This document shows, in pieces, positions 1-14,700 of a stretch of 64,000 nucleotides of DNA. The position numbers were made by a program, and so were the translations under genes. The notes under the pieces were generated by a model. It was not told the DNA's origin. It did no database searches and saw only the letters and a list, made by a program, of their open reading frames with translations. The DNA is from Octopus bimaculoides (lineage: Eukaryota). The DNA is taken from NCBI RefSeq assembly GCF_001194135.2, contig NC_068987.1:184879-248878 (forward strand), in the 5' to 3' direction. The number at the start of each line of letters is the position of its first letter. Within the stretch, counting starts at the first letter, position 1.

Positions 1-9
1 CATAAATAT

Positions 10-50
<41 letters not shown>

Positions 51-1084
51 TATATATATATACATAAATATATATATATACATAAATATACATACACATA
101 TATATATATATATATATATACAGATATATATATATACATATAAACACATGTATAGTTTAAAGTTACAGAAAACAAAAGATGATGAGAAAACCTGCTGGTG
201 TTCCAGTTAAAACACACACACACACACACACATGCACATTAATTTTTAAAAACAAAAATTCTTCAAATCCCTTCTTTGACAATTTTATCAAATTTTGACA
301 CTTTAAAGACATCAGGTCGTTGCCATCATATTTCACCATTATTCAAGATCTGATGTCTCTAAAGTGGCAATAGATTATTTCATTCAACTTAGTGTGGGAT
401 GTGAAAACATGTAGGCAATCAATTACAAACCTGTTTCCTACACATTTGTTTTTTACATCTGTTGCACTATTTTAAAAAATTTTGTTTCCAGATAAGAAGA
501 TGGAGGACCATGAATGACTCCCTCAAGTAATTTAATTTGTCCTTCCTATAATCAATCCTTTCACACATGATGCTGGCTACGTTTTTATCATGCATTCAAC
601 ACCATCCATTTAGATGTTGAAGCAAGTGTTCCTGGACATTCCTTCACTCTGATCCATGTAGTGGAACCTATTTGTTACATGTTTTCCTTTGTTCAGTAAA
701 GCTAGTAGAGTCAAGTACCTTGCTCGAGGACTTAACACAGAATATTAAAGGCAGAGACTGATGACAATGTGATTAGATTTCACCAACTTTGTTAGACACA
801 CAAAACTTGAATAAATCTTTAATAAATATTGTTAGTTTTTATTATTTCTGGACTTTAAAACAGAACAAAAATATTTGTAATGGACAGAACGTCTCCAGGC
901 TGAAGATGTAGAAAGAAGGGAAGGACTAAGATATACAGCAGATGGCTTCTATTTCAAAATATATCTAAAACTGAGCTATGACAAGGGGAAACATTCAAAC
1001 TACATAACAATCAGACATATATTTATTTTTTTTTATTTCATGAAAAATGAAGTGTTTTTTTTTGTTCCTCGTGCTAAAACCTCT

Positions 1085-1261
1085 TCACCCTTCCTCCATA
1101 TTGGCTCTGATCCGATGTGAGGAATCTCTCTGCAAAGGTCTCTGTAACGGGTGAGCCAACAGCTGGGCCATACTGTCGTATAATTTAGTCAAATTCTTTG
1201 ACACTTCAAAAATGTAGGACTGGCCTTTGACATCAAGCGAACAAAGTTGGTCAAAGATTTG
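1085..1261 (-). CDS. BABAM1: BABAM1 last coding exon (QIFDQLCSLDVKG...LLAHPLQRPLQ...EEG*)
   Basis: ccttttcag acceptor; diagnostic LLAHPLQRP motif; TGA stop. Confidence 0.95.
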   Translation of the reverse strand, partial: QIFDQLCSLDVKGQSYIFEVSKNLTKLYDSMAQLLAHPLQRPLQRDSSHRIRANMEEG

Positions 1262-4200
1262 CTGAAAAGGAAAAAACAAACTCATTAAGAAACGAAAATG
1301 AAATCATCACCATGGCAACCACCACCACTATTGTTATATGACTCTATTCATCATCATCATGACGACGACGACCACCACCACCATTCTTTGTTACCATGCA
1401 CTTGACACCACACAACAATATCACTATTTGTCACCATTGTTCAACCTTTCATCTGTGAATACCAGCGTGCAGGGATCTAATTCCTATCTCTCATTAAACA
1501 ACAACAACAACAGCAACCACTTTGTAATCTCATGGACACCTAAACTACCAAGACCCCCATGCATGTCTTATATACTGAATTGCCAACAAGACAACCTGTT
1601 GAGGGCCACTGACCAGATCTGTGGATGGTGCAAAGTCCCCTCTTGACTGAAGATAATATGGTGGTGGGACAATGTAGTTGACAGGGCCATTAAGAAAAAA
1701 AAAACAGGCATGGAAGGACTGGAAGAACGGTGGTAGCAGGGAACTGTATCAGATTGCCAGAAGGGAAGCGAAGCTAGGAGACAGGTTTACTTAGCCAGAG
1801 GGGAAGCAGATAAGAAAAAAACTGCCAATGTTCTGCGTCATGAGGACCAGAGACTTGAAGTGTTTCGAATTGCAAGACAGAGTGTGAGAGAGAATCGTGA
1901 TGTCATTGGAGAGAAATGTGTCTGCATGGATGATGGTTCACTTGCATTTAATGATGCTGCAAAGAGAGAGACTTGGAGATGCTTCTATAAAAGGTTGCTA
2001 ACTGAAGAGAATGAATGGGAGAAAGAGAGTCTGCCAAATGTCAACCCAACAGAGGGACCAACTATCGAAATTGATAGAACCTTGGTAGATAAAGCGATTA
2101 AAAGTATGAAGACAGGGAAAGCCCCGGCCCATCAAAAATCACTGCAGAGATGCTCAAAATATCTGGCAGTGTTGGCTATAGCCTAGTCACCTGTATAGTT
2201 AACCAGGTGATGCATGAAGGACTCATTGCCAATGACTGGTGTTGCAGTACCATAGTCAACTGCTACAAAGGTAAAGGTGACGCTTTAGATACGAATAATT
2301 ACAGAGGTATCAAGTTGTTGGATCAGGTGATGAAAGTCACGAGAGGGTCATAGCCCAATTAATTAGAGAGAGAGTCAGTTTAGATGAGATGCAGTTTGGG
2401 TTCGTGCCTGGGAAAAGCACCACTGATGCTATATTTCTGGTAAGACAGCTGCAGGAGAAATACCTAGCTAAGGATAAACCTCTGTACCTGGCTTTCGTTG
2501 ACATGGAGAAAGCCTTTGACAGGGTCCTCCAATCCCTTATCTGGTGGTCAATACAGAAACTAGAGATAGATAAATAGTTGGTGAGAGCTGTACAAGCCAT
2601 GTACAGGGATGCTGTTCGTTAGGTGAAGGTTGGCAATGAGTACAGTGAAGAATTCCGGGTGGAGGTAGGGGTCCACCAAGAATCAGTCCTCAGCCCCCTC
2701 TTATTCATCATAGCAATAACATCAAGGCAATAACAGAGGAATTCAAGACAGGATGCTCCTGGGAGCATCCAGTTCTCTATGCTGATGACCTTACTCTAAT
2801 AGCTGAGTCACTACCAGGACTAGAGAAGACGTTTCAGGTGTGGAAGCAAGGTCTAGAATCGAAGGGCCTTAGAGTCAACACAGCTAAAACCAAAGTCCTA
2901 ATTAGTAGGAAGGCAGACAAATCACAAACCCCTTCAGGTAGATGGCCCTGCTTGATCTGTAGGAAAGGCACAGGTAGAAACTCTATAAGATGTACCCAGT
3001 GTAAGCTATGGACACATAAGAAGTGCAGTGATATCAAAGGAAGGCCAACTGCGAAGATAGTTTTTGTGTGTGGCAGATGTTCAGGTGCAATAAACATTGA
3101 AAATATGCAGTAAACAGCTTTCATCACATGCCAGGAGAGAAAAATTAGAAGTAGTTGATAGCTTCTGTTACCTTGGTAACCAAATCAATAGTAGGGGTGG
3201 ATACTCTATGAGTGTAGCTGCTAGAATAAGACTAGCCTGGGCAAAGTTCAGAGAGCTCTTACCTCTGCTGGTGACAAAGGGACTCTCGCTCAGAGTAAAA
3301 AGTAGATTGTATGATGCATGTGTGCAAACAGGCATGCTTCATGGCAGTGAAACATGGGCCTTGACTGCTGAGGATATGCGTAGGCTCACAAGGAATGAAG
3401 CCAGTATGCTCCGCTGGATGTGTAATGTCAGTATGCATACATGACAGAGTGTAAGCACCCTGAGAGAAAAGTTGGATTTAATAAGCATCAGTTGTGGTGT
3501 GCAAGAAAGATGACTGCAATGGTACGGTCATGTGGTGAGAATGGATGAGGATAGCTGCGTGAAAAAGTGCCACACCCTTGCGGTTGAGGGATCCTGTGGA
3601 AGAGGTAGACCCAGGAAGAGCTGAGATGAGGTGGTGAAGCACGATCTTCAAGCGTTGGGATTCATGGAGGCAATGATGAGCGACCAAGACCTTTGGAGAT
3701 ATGCTGTGCTTGAGAAGACCTGGCAAGCCAAGTGAGACCATAACCAGCCCATTTAAGAGGACCCTTCAATCATTGGGCAATGAACTGTGCTTGAAAAGAC
3801 CTGTTGAGGCAAGTGAAGTGATTGCCATAGCCAATGCCAGTGCCGCCTGACTGGCTCCTGTGCTGGTGGCACATAAAAAGCACCATTCATGTGTGATCGA
3901 TGCTAGTACTGCTTGACTGGCCCTCATGCCAGTGGCATGTAAAAAGCACCCATTACACTCTCAGAGTTGTTGGCATTAGGAAGGGCATCCAGCTGCAGAA
4001 ACCTTGCCAGATCAGATTGGAGCCTGGTGCAGCCTCCTGGCTTGCCAGTCCTCAGTCAAACCATCCAACCCATGCCAGCATGGAAGGCAGACGTTAAACA
4101 ATGATGATGATGATGATGATGACGATGATTGGGGGAGGGGAGGCTAACACCAGTAAAACAGAGAGTGGGAGGGTCAGTTTTGAAATAGAGAGCTTTGGAC

Positions 4201-5445
4201 AAAGATTGGAAACAAGTGAGCGATATTACTTGTATGACAGCGATACATGATGTGAAGACAAGGAGACCCAAACACTCATCCTCCTATCATCATCATCTTC
4301 ATCATTGTTTTAATGTCCACTTTTACCAAGTTTGTATGAGTCGGATGGAATACACAGCTGGATGCTCTTCCTGACACTAAACAAAGTAATTTTTCCCTCT
4401 GAGCAGAAATTTGGAAACAAACAACATTACTTGTATCACGTCAATACACACACACACACACACAACTAACTTCTTTCAGTTCTGTCCGCCAAATCCACTC
4501 ACACAGTTTTGAATTGGCCCCAGGGCAGCAAGACAAAACCTGAAACCATATTGTTGGGAAGTGAACTTAACATCCCTTGCACAGCCAATGGGGGCAGGAT
4601 GAGGTTGTGTCACTGTAGCTTAGATGGACCATGGCAAATCTAACTGCACTGACCACTGCTGTATTTTGCTTTTTTAAAGGAAATACCTACGATTGCATTA
4701 TCTAGTGTGTGTGTGCTCCTTTCCAAATTTAATATTGTAAGTTGCAATCTGAGGTAGGGAGACTTGGCTGCTATTTCTTGCACTACAAAAAGGCTTTGTT
4801 GTTATAAAGAGTTCTGATGGTGGTGTTGGAGTGGTAAGAGAAACAGACTTACCTCACAACAATTGTCTTCTGATGGAGGTTCGTGTACATAGAAGACATC
4901 AACAAACAGGAAAGGTGAGAGCAGGAGCAATTTCTGGACCTGATAAAAGATACAGAACAAATAGAGGCAGACCAAGGTTAGCAAAATTGCTCAGATTAGT
5001 GAAGATTGGTAGGGTCCCAAGCTATGGTTCATCACAGTTCTATATTGTAAATCCGTGGATGGGTCTCAGATAAACTGCTTTTTATTCAGAGTGATATATA
5101 AGAGACAAGTTAAAAAGAATGGTCGTCACACATAAATCCTTTATTGGAGCAAATTTGGCTTACAGCTGTTTCCAGTAATCATTGCAGGTACGTTACCGAT
5201 AGGTTTACTCAATTGGTCTTTTGATCAATTGATGTAAATTGAACGACCTAAGAAAATTGATGCTACTGGCTTTGAATAAAGTAGCAGTAATTTTCGTAGG
5301 TCATTCAATTTATCTCAATTGATCAATAAACCAATTGAGTAAGCATAATAATAATGTACCTGCAATGACTACTGGAAACAGCTGTAAGCCAAATTTGCTC
5401 TAATAAAGGAATTTTATGTAATGACCATTATTTTTAACTTGTCTC

Positions 5446-5500
<55 letters not shown>

Positions 5501-5695
5501 AAAATGAGACAACAAAGCCAAAAGGCTGTGTGGAATTTTCAGGACATTTATAAAGAGAAAGGTAGTCTTACAACTGTTTCTGCGATATTAGGGATATTCC
5601 TTCATCAGAGACAATGTGAGATGGTTAAATAGATGGTTAATTATGGCACTTACATAGTGTTAGCTGCCACCTTGGGCCTTCTGGATACCAATACC

Positions 5696-5732
<37 letters not shown>

Positions 5733-8700
5733 AGATGGATATAGATATATATACACACACACATACTGAGATGTGTAAACAACTACCAGTATATAAATGT
5801 ATACACACACGTGATTACATCTCCCAATACATAAACATATATATGTATATCCTTGTGAATAAATTTGTTGGATGGAAACTGGTAGAAACCCATCATATGT
5901 GTACGTATGCTGCTGTCTTGACATTACTCGATGGTAGTCAAGAAGCATGACCATCAGCAAAGCAATTCCCGGTGTTGACAAAGGGAAATATTACTTTACT
6001 TGCATACTGGTGAGTGTTGGTAACAGGAAGGACATCCAGCCATAGAGAAATCTGCCTCAACAGATTCCACCTAACCCATGCAAGCATGGAAAAGTGGACA
6101 TTAAAAGATGCTGATGATGGTGAAACACACACACATGATGGGCTTCCCAACAGTTCCCATCAACCAAATTTCCCTCACAAAGCATTGGTCATTCTGATAC
6201 TACAGAGTGGAAGATATGCCAGAAGTGCAAAGTCATTGAGATGGAACCTGAAATCCCAGGATTGTAAAAGAAACTTGTTAACTACACCCACCACACATCT
6301 AATATATATATATCCAAGTTGTAATTATTTGGCAAGTGTCGCACATTCAACATCTGGTTGTCTGATCTGAAACAGCTGTACATTAGAGAGATTATTTCAA
6401 ACATCCATTTAATGTTCGAGTCACTGAGAGACAGAGAGATATTTATATATACTATCCGATCGCAGATAACGAAACATCAAGACGACACTTTGGAGTCATG
6501 GCAGTAATGAAGAGAGAGAAGCAACTCAGGTGAGTTTTACACAGTGACAAAAGGAGGAGAGAAGGGGCAAGCAATAAATTAAATTCATTTAAAGTCAGAT
6601 TAAATTAAGATGAGTTAGAGTCATCATCATTTAACATTTGTTGCCCATACTGGCATCACCAAAGGGCAATTTGACCAGAGCTGACAAGTTGGGGACCTGC
6701 ACCAGACTCCAGTCTCATTAGGCATGGTTTCTATGGCTGAATGCCCTTCCTAACACCAAACACTTTAATTCTGGGTGCTTATGACATAGCACCACACGAG
6801 CACTTTTACATGGTGTCACATGGGCACTTTTACGTGGCACCTCCATGAGTGCTTCACTCAACCAGAAGGACCGGTCTTAACACTTCTGCTGGTGAAACAT
6901 GAGCTGTGATTGCTGAGGATATGTGGTAGGCTTGAAAGAAATGAAGCTACAATGCTTTGCTGGATGTGCAATGTCAGTTGGCATGTATGACATTGTATAA
7001 GGATCTTGAGAGAAAACAATTATGAGGTATGAGATGTGGTGGCGTGAAAGAGATGATTGTGCTGTTATAGGCATGTGATGTGTATAGATGAGGACAGCTG
7101 TGGAAGAGGTAGACCCAGGAAGACATGGAACAAAGTGATCTTCAAATATTGGGTCTCACAGAAGTGATGACAAATGATTGAGACCTTTGGTAATTTGCTG
7201 TGCTTGAGAAGACTCACCAAACCAAGAGAAATCACAGTCGTGGTCAGTGACATGTAAAAGGCAGGCATGCCAGTGCCATGTAAGAGGTCCCCACTACATT
7301 CTTGGAGTTGTTGGTGTTAAGAAGGGCATCCATCCAACAATAGAAACCATGCCAAATCAGACTGGAACCTGTGCAATGCTCTGACTTACCACTTCTAGTC
7401 AAGCCATCTAACAACCCATGCCAGCATGGAAAGTGGATGCTAATGATGATGATGAATATAAACATTATAAAATGTTGAAGCATTTCATCACTGATTTAAG
7501 AACTGTTCCCTAATGGTGCATTTCACATTTCACTGCACTTGGCAAGCAAGCCCACACAAATATCTGCACCCCACCACCTTTATGGGCTTCTCTTGAATCA
7601 TTGGTGTTCTGTCAGATTACCCCTGCAAGGTATCTGATGATGGAGCTCTTTCTGACCCACATTCAATCATGTGGCTTTCTCAAGGGTTTGCTTTTATCCC
7701 CTACACTCTTACTCCAACACAAAGACTTACTTGTCATCTTCTTCAATAACTTGCATTCACATAAATGGCACTCTATTCTTCCCTACCCTTCTACAACTGA
7801 GGTACCTTAAGTTAAATATCTGCATTGACTCCTCAGAAAAAGGTCCTTCAATGGGGGTCATCTCCTTTAACACAAACACACATTGCTGACCCTTTCTGTT
7901 CCCAGGAAACAGGGATCCTCAAAACCAGATTTTCTCAGGGTTCCTACAAATGCAAGGCAACCCCACTTCTGACCCTCAACTTAGAAATCACTCCATCACC
8001 TTTACTGATCTTTCTCTTCCCAATCAGGAAAAAATACTTCATATAATAATCACTGACTTTGCACTAAGTGTTTAGGTGAGGCTCACCAGAGGAGCACTGC
8101 TGCCATATCTGGGATGGTGTTATTGTGACACCCAAACACATATCTAACTGTATCCACAAAACAAAAGGGGACTCAACTGAAATCACTCCCTAATATGCCC
8201 CAGCCTTTGATCCACACAGGTGCTGCACCTCCTTTCTCTGCTTTCCCTGCCACGTCTACAATGGCCCCTGCTCATACCACCCCCAATCTCATCATCTACA
8301 CTATGCCCTCCCCTACCCTGACTCCTATTCACAGTCCTTCCTCTCTATATTCTTGTCTTTCTAGAATCCCCAAAGGTTTTCACAATGCTGATTACACTTG
8401 GTTCTCTAGAGCCATGGCCACCAGCCCTTTCAGACCAGTCCAATAAAAGAAAACCATCCAATTGTTTTCCATTCATGTAAAGACATGTGGGTGAACATGT
8501 ATTTGGAAACATGCATGGTGCACTTGCATGAAACGAGAGTGAATGGTAGTTTGAAATCCTTACCTCTTCACAGATATCCAGTTTACTCTGGGATCGGCCA
8601 AAGATAAGGATGATCCTTACAATATAAGGAGGGGGCAAAGTAGGGTCCTCCATGATGGGAAGTTCACAGTTGCGAAGGCTGAAATGGAGATGAGAAACAA

Positions 8701-11700
8701 GCAAAAGATTAAAGGTAAAGAACAAGAACAACAATAAGTGCCAATGATGGCAGGAGAAGAGGTTAAAGAGATAAGACATTCATTTGCAACAGGTGTACAA
8801 CAGGTGTATTTACACTTCAGTTTTGACATTATCAACCATATCAATATGAACCTAGTCAGTGCAATCAACTTTGTTAGTCAAAGTCAGCTCAGGGTCAATA
8901 TATTTCCTTAAATATACATAGTAAATAGGGGCTAAGCTCCTTTTGGATACTCAAGATGAGTGAGCTGCATCTTTTTAAGAGAGTAAAGAAATGTGAATAA
9001 GCAATATCTTTGTCATTATCTTGAAATACTAAAGAGTAAATTTATTCAATAAAATCGCCAATGGCTCCAACCATGGCCTCCAGACGACTTCCAAATCTCC
9101 TGCAACTCTTCTGGATGGTCTCCTTGCTTAAGTTGGTGAATGCTGCCATAATCCTTGCCTTCAGTTCATCTTTGGTGTTACAAGGAATTTTCTTGGTCTT
9201 TCGCTCAACTGAGCCCCACACACAATAATCAAGGGGGTTGCAGTCTGGTGAGTTAGGTGGCCAGATGTTAGGGGTGATGTGGTTGCAGAAATTGTCTGAC
9301 AGCCATGACTGGGTTCTGTTTGTGTGACACGGTGCAGAGTCCTGTTGCCAGAAATAGGGTCTTCCAGCAGCCACTCTCTTTGACCTAGGGCAGCACTACC
9401 TCCTCCAGGCACTTGATTTAGGCCTCCATGTTGAGTGTGAGGCCGAGTGGGAAGATGAATGTAGGCATAGCATCACCATCACTAGTGATCACTCCAAACA
9501 CCACAATGTTGATTGGATGTTTGATTTTTATCACTCTCGCTACATGTTTTGGGGACACGGCAAGCCAACGCTTGTTCTGTGAGTTCACCATCTGATCGTG
9601 GCAGAAGTTTTTCTCATCTGAGAAAAACCAAAGCATGTTCGGTTGGAGGGGATGCTTGAGTTTGTTCAAAAGCTTTGTAGTGTGGTCTTTCCCCTTGTCC
9701 TTAATGGCTTGGCATAAAAATTGGCTCTTCCTCATCTTGTACGAGGAATACCGAATGTTTTCGTGCCCAACCTGCCTGATAAGAATCTCAGACACTCCCA
9801 TGGCTCTGGACCTTATTGATTTGGAAGGTTCTTTGTTAATCATGGCCTGGATCTCACCAACAACTTCAAGAGTTCTTTTCTTATCAAAATGATCAGAGTG
9901 AGTATTCCGAGCTGCCATACCTTCGTAATTACCATTAGACTCATCAGCTATACTGTCATCAGATTGACACCCAAACACTCTGAAATGTTTGTATTGGAGC
10001 TTCTGGTGCAAATGCCAAGCAGTACAGCGTGTCGTTTCCAGATTTCTAGCAGAGTGAATAGTGTTATGATGCTGTTTTTCTTACAGACAGTGCCCAACTA
10101 ACCCTACTGTACTGTGTAGTCGACAAAATCAGAGACAAACAATGAGCATGCCCAAAATTAGAAATATAAAATAGTAAACAATTTATCCATCGCACCCTGC
10201 ATGTATATATATGTGGATATTTTACACCTGACATACTAAATGCCTGTATAATTTTCAGTAATGTAAGGTGTGACAATGTTTCTCAAATAAAACTTGTAAT
10301 TCATTTACAAAACTTTTTTTATGTTGCCATTCTTTTACAATTCTGCTAGAAATACTCACCGATACCAATGTCTGGTTTGAAAGAAGAATACTTTGCTCCA
10401 TTTGAGGGTGACAACATTTCAGTTGTTGATGTTGAAAGTCTGACAGATGACAATGCAGCTATCACAATTTCATCATCATCATCAATCACAGCTGCATTGT
10501 CATCTATCACAATTTCATCATCATCAGTCAGCTGACAATGCAGCTGTGACTGATGATGATGAAATTGTGATAGATGACAAGATTGAGATTGATGAGATTG
10601 TCAGATCTGAGGAGGAAGCTCGGTATAATTTGATGAACTTCCTTGTGTCAAGCAAATTCACTGAGAAGGTTTTGTCAGTTCAGGACTATAGCAGATGTCA
10701 TTTCTCAGAAGTGAATTGGTCAAGTTTGAAATATGTGAGCAGAAACTAGAATTGAGAAGTCTAAGAATAAACGTAGCAAAGACAAAAGTCACAGGAGAAA
10801 ATTTTTCTGATCTCTACTATCGTCAGGTAAGTGGCCCTTTTTGATGTAAAGGAGAGGTGTAAGCAGGAACTCTATACGAAATAGTGTAAGCAAGAGATGA
10901 AGCGAAATCACAGACTGAGTGAGAAAACATAAATGTGCAAGTGTGGCTAACATTAAGAATACTCATGAAATGAATTCTTTCAAATAACCAAAATACTCTG
11001 TAGAAATAGTAGACAGTCCTTTGTAATGAAGCCTTGTAAAAAAAAAAAAAATGTTACTATTAACATGTTTGGAGTTACAACCTGATGAAAATATTGGTAG
11101 AATATGGCAGAAAGATACAGATTAGACTAGTACTTACATAGTCTTCAGCACGGACCCAACATCAAGATTTGAACACTTGTAAGTTTCATCCAAATTTTCC
11201 AACAAATTTGCAATTTCCCTGGGGTCATTAGTAAAACTGTGGTACTAAAATAGATGAGAAGAAAAGAAATGGTTGAAGAGATGGCATCCCTAAAATCAAT
11301 ATTAGTTTTTTTAATGCAGTGATTGAGAAGAAGGGGTGGCTAGGGTAGTGTTTAACCAGTAGCTCAGCCCCGATCCAGTAAATCTGTTATTAAACATCAA
11401 AGTCAGAATCACACAGCAGAGTTGGATAAAAGTATGGTCCATGAAAACGAAAAAAAATACAAGCTCAGAATGGACTGTCAGAGAGAACACAACCTGTCTA
11501 GACTGGACAACCATAGGAAACATATCCTGTCTAGACTGGACAGCCATAGGAAACATATCCTGTCTAGACTGGACAGCCATAGGAAACATATCCTGTCTAG
11601 ACTGGACATTTGAGAATCTACACGTCGAGATGGTAACATTGTTTCACATACATTTAACCTGACCCCAAAAGGAAAAATCTACATCAGTCATGCACCACAT

Positions 11701-14700
11701 GTGGCCCATGGGACATTCGAAATGGCACACCTAATGAAAAATTACCTTGAAGGTGTTTGTAGTAATGCAGCTCACCTGGTGATGAGTTATGTCCAATGCA
11801 ATCCACTCCTTAGAAAGGGCTGTCAAGTCTGCTCTACATGGTCACTTGAATTGCTAGAAATAACAGCTTAATCTACATCAAATTACAACCTACCAGCCTC
11901 AAAAAGGATGGAAACTTGGAATCCTAAATATAGAAAAAGGTAAGATCGTATATGGAATGCCTTGGACCATAGGTTTGATTAACCAGAGCAGGACTAACGC
12001 TAAACAACAATATATGTAATTAACCACTGCATGCCAGAAGTAAAGTGTGTGTGTACACTTTCAAATGATTCTTCATCAGGTTATATTTTGGGTGCAACAT
12101 CTTCAATGGAAAGTGATCTGCTCAGGTAGAAGTGAACTGTGTTGTAGGACACCCACACACACACACAATATGGCCTACCCAGACAGCACTGTTATGTGGT
12201 AAAACATGCACAAACACACACACATTAATAAGCAAGGTGACCTACCCAGGTGGCAGTATCATGGAGTGTGACAAAAGCAAACCGATGATGGTTGTCTAGT
12301 CTGTGTTTACTTTGGACAAATAAACCAATTGTTCTTTTGACCAGTTGAAGAGTAGAAAAGCGATCTCTGAAATATTAAAAAGAGTTTTACGATCTTCACC
12401 AAACATCAGAACTGATTGATCAATCAACATGAAATTGTCAAATAAAATACGACCTAAAATATGTTGTCATCACCATGGCCACCACTGTCATTGCTGTCCA
12501 TGCTGTCCATGCTGGCACACTTTGCCACAGTCTGATAATATTCATTCAAAGTCATTATCCTCCTTAGAGAACCAAGTCTTGCTTCTACGTTTTATTTATT
12601 TATTTTTTTTTTTTTGTTGGGGGTCAACAGTTGAAGGTCCTGTCTCTAACCACTTAACAGAGTGAAATGAGTAGAGTTTAGAACTGAACTTTGTCTTCTT
12701 TTATGCTACATTTCTGGGAATAACCTCTGTTAATTTACTCTCTGCACCCTTCAAATCAAAGTAACAAGGCTTGGAAGGATATAAAAAAGGTAATTTGATG
12801 ATTTGGGTAAATAGTTTTTAAATTAATTATACATCACAATTATGTAATTATGCATTTGGTGTTGTTTATCTTAACGAAAACAGCTGCTGAGCAAAATAAA
12901 AGCAACATGTAAAATTTATGCTTTTCTGCTAAATATGAGACTAGAATATGGAAGATATTGCAAGCAAGATGTTGTCTCTCTTCCTCCAGCTGGGACTAAA
13001 GAAAAAGAGATGATAGTGTTCCACACGTCAGTAGTTTGGTAAGGGAGTAAAGGAGGTTAGTTCAACAGATGATTCCATCTCAGTAATTAAAGTCCATGAA
13101 TGATTCAGTAATGAAATGGAGTAGCCATCTCTATGGTAACAACATTTTCTCTAAAAAAAGGATTGACTCACCTCCCAGAATATTGGTTTCTGCTTGTTCT
13201 CTTTCTCTAAATACTGGGGTAGCTACATACCCGCCCCACCTAAGACAGTCATCGTTGATCCTTGCATCACCACGTCCTACTGTGTCCCAGGGAGCCATCC
13301 AACCCTTTCAACAGTATTCAGATGACTTCTGTGTCAAATGTAAAACTTATTTATTCACATTGTTTTCAATTAATCATGCATTATCTCATAGCTTTGAGAT
13401 TTCAACAATAAGACTGTTTACTTTTAGAATGACATTGCTGGGTAGGTTTGAGAGGCTGGATATGGTTGGTTTGATCAAGAAACAAATAGAATATTTGGAC
13501 CCTGGACATGGCTGCTTTAAATGCTAAAAGATTCAACACTTGTATTAATTAGTGCTATTAATTAGTGTCACTAAGCTGTGGTCGTAAATGTGTATCATTG
13601 GAGAGTATTACTGATCTTTGCTATCGAAGTGTGGTGAAATACAAAAATACGTTTAGACTTACCCAGCTCTTGAAAGAAATTTCATCCGTTCCATTTCTGA
13701 ACTGAGATCCAAACACAATACCTGTGTAAGAGGAGAAAATAGTATGGAGAAGAAGGAGAAAGAGAGAGGAGGGGGGGAGGTAAGAAGACATGTGAGAAGG
13801 AGGTGGTAAAACAGTAAGTATGGTATAAATCAATTAATAAACAGAAAACCAAGGAGAAAAAAAACAAATGTATACCCATTCAGAAAGCACACTACATTTG
13901 AGGCTTCTCATGTTCAACTTTTCTCTCAGGGCGCTTACACTCTGTCGTGTCTGCACACTGACATTACCCATCCAGCAGATCATACTAACTTCATTCCTTG
14001 CAAGCCTCTTTGCATCTCCTCAGCATTCATGGCCCATGTTTCACTGCCATGTTGCATGGCTGTTCACACACATCATACAGTCTACCTTTCACTCTGAGTG
14101 AGCGGCCCTTTGTTGCCAGCAGAGGTAGGAGCTTTCTGAACTTTGCTCAGGCTACCCTTATTCTAGCAGCTACGCTCTCAGAGCATCCACCCCCCACTAC
14201 AGTATTGGTCACTTAGGTAGCACAACTTTGCAACTGTTATCATTGACTTTCCCTCTGCAGTGGACTATCTTTCAATATACAGAACAATGCCCACCTCTTA
14301 GCTTTTTATCTTTGTTCCCAACAGAATGTATCTTCATTCTATGTACAATATGCTGAATCCGCTAGCATTCAACTTCATTCTCCCCATCAATATAGAGTGT
14401 GCTGCATCACAATTCTTTCCCTCTTCTCACCTTGATACACCACTGAACCACTCTTTCTGATTATGGATTTACCTAAAGAAGACCTGCTGATCCAATTAGA
14501 TTTAATTGGACCCCCCACCCCACCACCATCCTCCTGCTGCACATATTGAACCACAACAAATCTCATTGATGAGGAGCAAACTTTCCACTCCTCTAACCAA
14601 TATTTCTCCAATGATGGAATATTTGATTTATGGAGTCTTCACTCGATACGATGCTCCAAGAGCTGAGATATCCCAGAAACAGCTGCCAGGGACTACCTTT

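Noticed and set aside
5373-5392. Complete hammerhead ribozyme in the 5094-5451 foldback
   Set aside because: Only the GAAAC-AGCT-GTA half is present; I found no CUGANGA and no helix I partner.
10360-10439. Cryptic 80-nt BABAM1 exon (cag...G|gtgagt)
   Set aside because: Weak polypyrimidine tract, no MERIT40 similarity, and it would frameshift exon 5. The 7-exon model is complete without it; it cannot be excluded as a poison exon without RNA data.
11493-11608. CRISPR-like array (33-bp palindromic repeats)
   Set aside because: The units are contiguous with no unique spacers, there are no cas genes, and the context is a eukaryotic intron.
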